Source: Tetramitus jugosus (Eukaryota > Protista > Heterolobosea). From it: 64,000 bases of DNA. The notes beneath the pieces were generated by a model, which saw only the letters and a program-made list of their open reading frames with translations, was not told the origin of the DNA and did no database searches. This document shows, piece after piece, positions 55,435 through 64,000 of the stretch. Made by a program: the position numbers and the translations under genes. The stretch is taken from the NCBI GenBank assembly GCA_937625935.1, contig OW569376.1, positions 372,001 to 436,000 on the forward strand. The letters are read 5' to 3'. Numbering within the stretch: the first letter of the stretch is position 1; every line of letters starts with the position of its first letter.

Positions 55435-56967
55435 ATGAAAAACATACTCTCAATCCAACTGTTCATTGCACTTTTTGCAATCCTATCCTTGTGCTCTGTC
55501 ATGTGCAAGGATGCTCCTTTGCCAAACCGATCGAATCTTCCTTTTCCTTCTGATTTTCGCTTTGGTGCAGCCACTGCAGCCTACCAGATTGAAGGTGCGT
55601 ACTTGGAAGATGGAAAAGGCTTGAATATATGGGACGTGTTCTCTCATTTGCCAAACACAACAGAGAAACATGAGAATGGTGATGTTGCCGACGATCACTA
55701 CCACAAGGTGCCTGAAGATATTGCAATGATGAAGGCCATGGGCTTAAAACATTATAGAATGAGTATCTCTTGGGCAAGAGTGCTTCCTGATGGTACATTG
55801 AACAATGTTAATCTCAAGGGATTAGAATACTATAGCAGAGAGATTGATCTGTTGAACCGTGCTGGGATCGAGGTCTATGCTACGTTGTATCACTGGGATT
55901 TACCTCAAGCAATTGAACAAAAGTATGGTGGATGGTTGAACGTGACTCATATGCCAAGATTGTTTGCTGATTATTCAGAATTGTGTTTCAAGTATTTTGG
56001 AAATCGTGTGAAGCATTGGATCACCTTTAACGAACCGTTGATTACAGCTACGTTGGGCTATGGAGCAGGTGTGAATGCTCCAGGTAGATGTACTGGTTGC
56101 AGATTCGGTGGAGATAGTGCCACAGAGCCATATATCGTTGCTCACGCACAGTTGTTGTCTCATGCAGCGGCAGTGCAAGTCTATCGCCAAAGGTATCAAT
56201 CCACACAAAAGGGTAAGATTGGTATCACTCTGAACTCGGATTGGAATGAACCATTGACTGATAGTCAGGAGGATAGAGAAGCTGCCCAAAGATATCAAGA
56301 ATTCATGCTGGGATGGTTTGCTGATCCTGTTATGAGAGGTGATTATCCAGATTCCATGAAGTCACATATTGGAAAGAGACTCCCTACTTTCACTGAGGAA
56401 GAGAAGCGCGCATTGAAGGGAAGTAGTGAGTTCTTTGGATTGAACCACTATACGAGCAGATATATTAAACCAAACAAGAAGTACAATCCTAATGATACTC
56501 CTATTGATTGGTATCATGACACAGGTTGCATCGCCACTGCTGAAGACATCAATGGACAACCAATTGGTGAGATCGCAGACTCTGACTGGCTGTATGTTGT
56601 TCCTTGGGGTATGAGACGCCTCTTAAATTGGATTAACAAGCGATATGACAATCCTCCACTCTATATTACTGAAAACGGAGTCGATGCTCCAGGTGAGAGC
56701 ACAATGCCACTTCAAAAAGCACTGGATGATACATTCAGAGTGAATTATTTGGCTTCATACCTGTCCGAGGTTTCAAAGGCAATCAACGACGACAAGTGCA
56801 ATGTTCAGGCCTATTTTGTGTGGTCTTTGATGGATAACTTTGAATGGGCTGCTGGCTACAGTAAGAGATTTGGTATTCACTATGTTGATTATAACTCCCA
56901 AAGCAAAACAAGATATGCCAAGAAATCAGCACAATGGTACAGCCAACTCATCAAAGATTATAACTAA
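55435..56967 (+). CDS. Secreted glycoside hydrolase family 1 beta-glucosidase
   Basis: Signal peptide; FPSDFRFGAATAAYQIEG, TLYHWDLP, WITFNEP (acid/base), YITENG (nucleophile), DNFEWAAGY..RFG. Confidence 0.96.
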   Translation: MKNILSIQLFIALFAILSLCSVMCKDAPLPNRSNLPFPSDFRFGAATAAYQIEGAYLEDGKGLNIWDVFSHLPNTTEKHENGDVADDHYHKVPEDIAMMKAMGLKHYRMSISWARVLPDGTLNNVNLKGLEYYSREIDLLNRAGIEVYATLYHWDLPQAIEQKYGGWLNVTHMPRLFADYSELCFKYFGNRVKHWITFNEPLITATLGYGAGVNAPGRCTGCRFGGDSATEPYIVAHAQLLSHAAAVQVYRQRYQSTQKGKIGITLNSDWNEPLTDSQEDREAAQRYQEFMLGWFADPVMRGDYPDSMKSHIGKRLPTFTEEEKRALKGSSEFFGLNHYTSRYIKPNKKYNPNDTPIDWYHDTGCIATAEDINGQPIGEIADSDWLYVVPWGMRRLLNWINKRYDNPPLYITENGVDAPGESTMPLQKALDDTFRVNYLASYLSEVSKAINDDKCNVQAYFVWSLMDNFEWAAGYSKRFGIHYVDYNSQSKTRYAKKSAQWYSQLIKDYN

Positions 56968-57152
56968 TACCAAGGGAACTTCCCGAGAGCTCCACACCAA
57001 ATAAATCATTCTCTCATTATCGCAAATTGGCAACTCGCACCGGACTTGAAATTCATTCCTGAGGTGCTCCTAGCGGCAAAACACCTCCGTGCGACAAAAA
57101 TCGCACCATGGTCCGGCAACAAGGCATGACATAAAACACACAGAATATCAAC

Positions 57153-58595
57153 ATGTTGCCACTTCCCTTATTGCTCCTGCTGACATCCCTGTCAGCAACT
57201 CTCGAAGTGCTGATCATGGTTGGTGTTGGAATGTTGCTCCTATATAAGAAAGTGATTCAAGAGAGTCATGTGAGAGTGCTCAGTGTGTTAGTTTTTCAAC
57301 TGTTCACGCCTTGTATGCTCTCGTACAAGTTTGCCTCAAGTGTCGATCTCAATTTGCTCAAAACTTCCTACTTGGCCATTGTGTTTGCATTTTTATACAT
57401 TTTAGCGGCAAACATTTTGGCGCGTATTTTGTTTACAGAAAGATTTTGGGGTACGAGGTTGGCTGGTGTGAGAAAAATTGTTGTTCTTGTTGCTGTGACG
57501 TTCAACAATGCTGGATCTTTGCCCTATGTGTTTGTCTCTGCACTTGTGAGCACTGGAAATCTGTTTACTCAAAAACAGCTTGCAAGTGACCAAGCCATCG
57601 CATTTATATCATTGTACCTGCTGCCCGTTCAAATTTTGTTCTGGAGCGTAGGAATGGTCACTATGAGAAAGAAAAAGGGAGACAATGATCACAGTGAAGA
57701 TGAAGATGCTGATGATATCGAGTCTTCATTGAACAACACAAATAATGACGAAGCTTTGGAAGAAACTGCTGGTGATTCAACATTGGGATTGCGTGACGAC
57801 ATCTCACAAAAGCAACAACTTGAAGGAGAACAATTAGTTGAAGTAGAGCTCGAGGAAACGATTGGGAAAGAAGAGGCATTGAGTGATCACATGAGCACAG
57901 ACAATCTGAATCAACAATCGCGCATGAATCGACTCAAAGCATACCTGAAAAGACGATGGAACACTTTTTATCAAGATTTGCCTCCACTTAAGCAGGTATT
58001 GACACCTCCTATTTATGGATCTATTGCTGGTATTGTTGTGTCATTGGTGCCTCACGCAAAGGAGTACTTGATCGAAAGTCCTCCTGTGATTGTTGCCTCA
58101 ATCTCTCACATTTGTGAAATTTTTGGAGATGCAGTGTTTCCGCTCTCCATGATCCTGTTGGGTGCTAATCTGGCAACTACGATGCAATCAACCAAGGAGG
58201 AAGAATCAAATGACGAAAGCACTGAACCTAAATCACGTATTGCTCGCTTGCTCAAAAAAGTGATCAAACACAATGATCCATGGGTAGTGCTGACAGCTGT
58301 AGTAGCTCGGTTGATTGTGATGCCTCTCATTGGAATCGGTTTGACTCTGTTGTTTGTCTACCTGGGATTCCTGCCCAAAAACCCGGTGCTGATGTTAGTA
58401 CTCATGATTGAAGCGTCAACTCCCACTGGTATCAATACGAGCATTCTGTGTACTCTGAATGGCAACAATGGAATCTACCACATGTGTGAACTTCTACTGT
58501 TCATGTATCTGAGCTCACCTATCACTCTCAGTATTCTCTCGACTGCATATCTCTATCTGTCATGCTACTTCTCACCTGGTATGTGTAATCTGTAG
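57153..58595 (+). CDS. Auxin efflux carrier family (PILS/Mem_trans) transporter
   Basis: VFQLFTPC, FNNAGSLP, PPIYGSIAG, FPLSMILLGANL, ARLIVMP, NPV..LVLMIEASTPT; 5+5 TM helices around an acidic central loop. Confidence 0.9.
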   Translation: MLPLPLLLLLTSLSATLEVLIMVGVGMLLLYKKVIQESHVRVLSVLVFQLFTPCMLSYKFASSVDLNLLKTSYLAIVFAFLYILAANILARILFTERFWGTRLAGVRKIVVLVAVTFNNAGSLPYVFVSALVSTGNLFTQKQLASDQAIAFISLYLLPVQILFWSVGMVTMRKKKGDNDHSEDEDADDIESSLNNTNNDEALEETAGDSTLGLRDDISQKQQLEGEQLVEVELEETIGKEEALSDHMSTDNLNQQSRMNRLKAYLKRRWNTFYQDLPPLKQVLTPPIYGSIAGIVVSLVPHAKEYLIESPPVIVASISHICEIFGDAVFPLSMILLGANLATTMQSTKEEESNDESTEPKSRIARLLKKVIKHNDPWVVLTAVVARLIVMPLIGIGLTLLFVYLGFLPKNPVLMLVLMIEASTPTGINTSILCTLNGNNGIYHMCELLLFMYLSSPITLSILSTAYLYLSCYFSPGMCNL

Positions 58596-58950
58596 TGTGG
58601 TCAATAAACGATGGTCTCGGCGAAAAGATAACTGGAATCAGATCGTTATCTTCCACTTCAGATTCTGTGATATCGATTTTCCTCTTCCGAGTCTAATAAT
58701 GACAAGCTACGTCTAACCTGAGGACACGTGCAACCTGCAGACGTCACAAGTGCAAATTCAACGGGTTTGAGTTGACCAAAAATATCAAAACTCCGAAAAA
58801 TGGGTTCCTTCCTTCGCACCGACTGTTGCTTCAAAAAACCGTCCCACACATTGTGTTCAGTTATTCTGTGTGTCGTACCTTACCACAACAACATCTTGTA
58901 CTCTTCAAACAACATCCAACAAGAGCAGACCTCGAGTCATTCCAAATATA

Positions 58951-61112
58951 ATGACCTCCTTTGTACCAACAAGCAACTCAACAGGTAAGCTTGACTCACA
59001 TGCTTCTTTTCCTTCCCATCACCTCACACACTGACGCCTTGTTTTTTCCTGTTTTTCGTTCTCTTCAAAAAAAACACAACAACAACCGCAACAGTAGAAT
59101 CGAGTAACATCACAGACATGAATCAGTTCTTTTTCCAACAGGATCCTGAATTCATGAATCCACTCACTCACTCTCTCGTTCCAAACAATGCCACATTTGG
59201 TTTCGATTCTGACACAAGTGCTCATGATTCACCATCGTCCTACGTTTCCAACTCTTCTGAAGATGGAGTCTATCATCACTCTGAAGCTGTGACCGCAATT
59301 GAAGACTATGACGGGTACGATATGGATCACTATGGAGGTTACCTTGCCCCAACATCCATGGACTTGTTGTTGAATGGTAATCATCATCATCATCACCACC
59401 ACGCACCTCACGTCACCAACAATAATAGCACAGATGGCAACACTGCTTCCATGCTATCCTCTGATAAGGCCCTTTTACAACAACAACACTATGCAGCAAT
59501 GAAGTCTGCTTTTGTCGCAGCAGCCATGAAACAACAACAACAACATCAGCACGCAATTGTACCTCCTGCATCCTACTCTACAACAATGACACCTCAACAA
59601 TTGCAAGAACAGTACATGTTGGTGCATCAACAGAGAGCTCAAATGGCTGCACAACAATATGCTGCTACCTATGGTGCTCCATTCACAAATCCATTTGCAA
59701 TGACCTATCAAACATCACCTCCCATGGCACACTTTATTCATCCTCACCCATCACCTACTCAATCAATGATTAGTTCATCAGCAGCTACAAACGGAGGTGT
59801 CAACAGCAGTGTCACTGCCACTATGAAAGCCTCTCCACCAGCTTCTCCATCTGTCACTTCACCAAACAGCACCTCTATCATGTCTTCCAACACTTCTGCA
59901 AGCAGCATTGAAGATCCTTCTTCTCCAAAGACCGATAGACAAGCACCTTCACCTACACAGTCATCTGCTTCCAAGTCAAAGAAGAAGTCTGTCAACAGCA
60001 GTGCTCCAAAGAGACCAAGAGAGTCCAGTGATTCTTCACCAACTGATGAAGCATTGGCAGAGCTTGACTTGAAGAAACCAGCCAATGTCGAAGAAGACAA
60101 GGAAGTTAAGAGACAGAGAAGACTGGTCAAGAACAGAGAATCTGCTCAAGCATCCAGAGAACGTAAAAAGTTGTACGTCAAAGGATTGGAGGCACGAGTC
60201 GAAGAATTGGCAACCAAGAATAGTGATTTGAATGCCAAGCTACAAGCTATGGAAGAAGAGAATAAGAGATTGAGGGAGAGATTAACAATGATTGATCCAT
60301 CAGGATTGCAACTTCATGATGCATTGGAACCTGATGCAAAGAAGCGCAAGCTCAACAAGATGATGCCAAATAAGCCAACCTACAATCCATTTGATGTCAA
60401 CTTTTGGGCTGCCTTCATGGGTGGATATCCAAATCATCCAGCACCACCACAACAACAAGTCCCACCACAGCCACAGATGCACCCAGGTCACAGCATGTCC
60501 ACCATGGCTCCTCATGAGCAATCTGCACTTGCTGCATGGGCAAATCCAGCTACCTTAGGCTCAAAGAGAGTCGTCATGTTTATTATGCTATTCTGTGTTG
60601 CTGTTATGGTCATGCTTCCAAAGGACATGGCACCCGCCTCACTCTCTAGTAGTGAAACACCTGTTTCACTATCTGATGGTGCACCTATCAAGAGAAGTCA
60701 CTCTCGGTTGTTAAAGTTCTTCCAGAGCGAAGAAGCAACAAGTGGTACAACAGTTCAGAGCTCAGATTTTCAAACAAAGATCAAGGTTGTTTATGACAAG
60801 TTTGCCTCATTGATGCAAAACAGTTCCGAGTCAAACATTGTGGATTCTGTTGTTCAAATTAAGCCTGATTTTGCATTCGATGTCCAATTGGACAATGAAA
60901 AGCAATCTTTGCAAATTTCATTCCCTCTGAACAAGGTTGTGAAGCAAGAAGAAGAGGAAGATGTCGAAATGGAAAAGAAGGACACTTCTGTTGATCAGCA
61001 AGACCTTGCTGAAGATGTCAAGAAGGAACAGGAAACTGATTCAAAGGAAGACACTGTAGAATCATTGTCTGTGGAACTTTTGCGTGAAGTCTGCCGAAAA
61101 ATGGTCAACTAA
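58951..61112 (+). CDS. Membrane-tethered bZIP transcription factor (ATF6/CREB3/bZIP28-like); exon 1 58951-58984, intron 58985-59094
   Basis: KRQRRLVKNRESAQASRERKKLYVKGLE plus leucine zipper; TM VVMFIMLFCVAVMVML. ATG at 58951 joins in frame through GTAAGC...CACTGAC...CAACAG (MTSFVPTSNST-V-ESSNITD-MNQFF). Confidence 0.88.
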
Positions 61113-61383
61113 TGTGTTTCTCCCATTATTTTTTTGCATACCAAATGCCCTACACTGTAAATAAACTTAGGCCTTTTCACATGATAGTGTATTGTTCTTG
61201 TCCATATGTCCAAGAGGTAGTTAGTGTATTCTGATATAATTTCGGAGAAATGTGTTTTGGCGGTTAATTCACTTGCATCAGAAAGAAAAAAGAAGATCAC
61301 CAACGCGACAAAATCGATCATCTTTATCACAACAACAATCACCATTGTTCGAACACAACAACCAACCAACCACCATATAGGCA

Positions 61384-63382
61384 ATGTCTCTCCAAAAATC
61401 CATGATTCACACCATTGCCAATGCAATTGGTATACCAAGTGATCAAATCTCGGATGAAATTGCTCAATCATTAGCAAGTGATGCCGAATACAGAATGCGT
61501 GAGATTATTCAAGACGCTGCAAAGTTTATGAAACATGGAAAAAGAAATGTTCTCAAGTGTGAAGACGTCAACTATGCATTGGCCATGAAGAATGTTCAAG
61601 TATGTGTTTTGTCTGTTTACGTTTTATCTGTTTGATCGGTGTCAACAAAAATTAAACCATGTGTTTTTTGTTGTTGTTGTTGTTGTTGTTGTTTGTGTAA
61701 ACCAACTTTCATATAGCCACTGTATGGTTACAAGACATCGAGTCAGACTGTGCCTCGATTTCACTTGGTCAACAAGACACAGGACCTCTATTTTTTGGAA
61801 GATGCCGAAATTGAACTCAAAAAGGATCACTTGCAAGTAGAGTTGCCCAGAATTCCACTGGGAGCAGTTGTCAATGCTCATTGGTTGGCCATACAGGGTG
61901 TTCAGCCAAAAATACCTCAGAATCCTACCATTGTACCATCTCAGCAGCAGCAGCAACAACAACAAACGTCATCTTCTGCTCTATCATCTGATCAACAACA
62001 ACAGGCATTGTTGGGTGGTGATCAACTACAACAACAACATGATCGAATCAGTGGTGGAAATGCACTAGAGACAAACATTGTTGTGTCTTCTCTCACATCG
62101 GACAATAGTTCCATTCAAGTCAAGAAACAAGTCAAGCACGTGTTGAGCAGTGAACTTGTCTTGTATTATGAGAAGGCAACAGAGGCAATCAAGAGCACAG
62201 AAAAGAATTCAAAGTTGTTGTTGGATGCAACGTACAAGTCATTGAGTGAGGACCCTGGATTGGGTAATTTAGTTCCGTATTTGATTCGATTTGTGAGTGA
62301 AGAGTGCACACAGAATTTGAATCATTTGTTGTTGTTGGAGAGATTGATGAGAACGATACAGTGCTTGCTCATTAATCCAAATTTGCACATTGAATTATAT
62401 GTATGTGTCTGTCATATTGTGTCCTATTGATGCCTTTTCTTTTGGATATGCGAGAGAGAAAGCGTTTATTGACTCTAATGTGTGTGTGAATATTCATTTT
62501 TTTGTTATTGTTTGATTGTGACATGCAACAATGCAGCTTCATCAAATTATGCCCATTGTTTTGACGTGTCTCGTAGGAAAGAGACTGTGTAAGAATCCAA
62601 CGGAGGATCATTGGAGATTGAGAGACTATTCTGCTTATATTATCGCCTATATCTGTAACAAATTTGGAGCCAATTATCATACGCTACAACCGAGAGTAAC
62701 GAAGGCTCTTCTTCACGCATTTTTGGATCCTACTCGACCTAGAACAACGCACTATGGAGCAATCGTGGGAATAGGGGCACTTGGACCAGCTGTTACACAA
62801 CTATTATTGATGGAACCTGTTCAGAATAGCAATGTAGCTGCATTTTGTCGATTGTTGGAACCAGAGTTGAGATCAACGAATCACATTGTTCGATTTGAGG
62901 CACAAATGTGTTATGGAGCCCTGCTTGAGGCTTGCAGTTCATTTTTCGTTCGATTATCTCGTTTCTTTACTCCTGTTCACGATGATGCAATGAAGTCTCT
63001 GTACGATACGGCTTCTACTTCCAGGCGAGCGGAAGCAAGCGAAGAAGACATGGAGAACAGAATGCAAGATGACGAACAAGATATGATATCACTTGAAAAG
63101 TATAAAACTGCTGAACTCACTAGGGATTTGCGAGAGAGGATGAACGCTGCTAACATACCAGCAGACATCAATTTGCGTTATCAAGAGCTGTATATGATCT
63201 TTGGAGAGTCAATCCTGCCCTATATTTCTTATGATATCATGAGTATTTTGAAGGAAGCAACCTCTGTGGCACAGCTGCCTACAACATCCGAAGATTATGC
63301 TCTCGCTTCGACATTGAGTGGTAATGGCGCTGCTTTTTCAAACGAATACCAAAGCATGTCCGTAAAGGACATATTTTTGTAA
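61384..63382 (+). CDS. TAF6: TFIID subunit TAF6; exons 61384-61599, 61717-62400, 62537-63382
   Basis: Histone fold (LASDAEYRMREIIQDAAKFMKHGKR, NVQ|PLYG), AHWLAIQGVQPKIPQNP, KHVLSSEL, NPNLHIELY|LHQIMPIVLTC, HWRLRD, THYGAIVG. Confidence 0.96.
61666..61693 (+). repeat. (TTG)n microsatellite in TAF6 intron 1; one of many AAC/TTG/AAT tracts (e.g. ~6324-6349, ~9586-9629, ~43293-43348)
   Basis: Seen directly. Confidence 0.85.
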
Positions 63383-63389
63383 ATGAGTA

Positions 63390-64000
63390 CTATTTATGAA
63401 CATTGTTTGTGTCTTGCTTGTTTTCCTCTGAATCCTGGGCAGGTTCATCACTCAAGCGCTGTCCACCCACCAGCGCCAATACTTTTGATATTTCTCTTTC
63501 TTGTCGTTGCCGAATGACAGGATTTATGATCCGTTCTCTCGCATTCCAGAAGATGTTCAACATTCTAGTAATCGACATGGCTTCCGTAGTCGTCGCTGCC
63601 ATGGCATACTTTTGAACAGGAATTTGAAAAGTTCGTGGATAGACGACATTGTCCAACACAAACTCATCATGAACAACATCTGTCAGCTCAAACTCCACCA
63701 ACAGAAACGAATTCTCAATCCGGCAATTAATTTGCGTACTGAGTACGATTCCATCTTTTGTCACAAGAAACCCGTGTCGAGCAACATTGTGTGCCGTAGC
63801 TGCCCACACATTGTTCACAAAATCCTTCCACAATGACTGTGAGATACGTGTGGACAGAATGGATGGTGACTCTCCTTGCAACTCTCCTTTCGAATACCGA
63901 AACATGTCTCTAAACACTTGATTACAACCAAAAATTTCCCACGAAGAACGATCCCACATTAAAACAGCCTTTCGTGTATTGAGTGGCGGATTCCACATGT
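63390..64000 (-). CDS. C-terminal part of a PAS-domain protein (5' end probably outside the window)
   Basis: EIFGCNQVFRDMFRYSKGELQGESPSIL matches the PAS N-x-x-F-x-x-x-x-G/R-Y-S-x-x-E-L-x-G pattern; later LVTKDG. Confidence 0.7.
   Translation of the reverse strand, partial: MWNPPLNTRKAVLMWDRSSWEIFGCNQVFRDMFRYSKGELQGESPSILSTRISQSLWKDFVNNVWAATAHNVARHGFLVTKDGIVLSTQINCRIENSFLLVEFELTDVVHDEFVLDNVVYPRTFQIPVQKYAMAATTTEAMSITRMLNIFWNARERIINPVIRQRQEREISKVLALVGGQRLSDEPAQDSEENKQDTNNVHK

Noticed and set aside
60511-60540. Hairpin CTCATG-AGCAA-[TCTGCAC]-TTGCT-G-CATGGG just before the bZIP TM, as a possible IRE1 splice site
   Set aside because: The loop lacks the invariant final G of CNGNNG, and I found no partner hairpin.
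1-64000. CRISPR arrays, rRNA, snRNA and the many short antisense or nested ORFs
   Set aside because: No repeat-spacer array or rRNA/snRNA signature was recognised; the short ORFs are shadows of real genes or low-complexity tracts.

Overview
Gene-dense eukaryotic nuclear DNA: standard genetic code, short GT-AG introns, A-rich 5' leaders, AATAAA after many stops, and many (AAC/CAA/GAT)n low-complexity tracts. The gene content (RGS fusion, 7TM proteins, PAS protein, GH1, S66 peptidase) resembles a free-living phagotrophic protist, possibly heterolobosean-like (inference only). About 30 protein genes and one tRNA-Ser(AGA) are supported. Recognisable genes include VPS45, CDP-DAG synthase, an ARID protein, a MEF2-type MADS factor, BMS1, NUDT15-like, Akt-like kinase, bL27m, DNAJC2, formin, GH1, a PILS/AEC transporter, a membrane-tethered bZIP and TAF6. 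I reconstructed introns by eye for seven genes and found an edge ORF (1-824, minus strand) missing from the ORF track. The most interesting region is 14.1-20.9 kb: two tandem 7TM GPCR-like paralogues share long identical blocks but differ mostly in predicted extracellular/pocket segments, and they flank a six-cysteine secreted prepropeptide gene (a candidate peptide-receptor cassette). Also notable are a kinesin with all three nucleotide motifs altered, a membrane-anchored bacterial-type LD-carboxypeptidase with a GTCACGTGAC palindrome upstream, an RGS-START fusion, and many intergenic spacers that look like eroded gene relics. No CRISPR array, rRNA or recognisable transposon was seen. All family calls come from motif recognition, not database searches.
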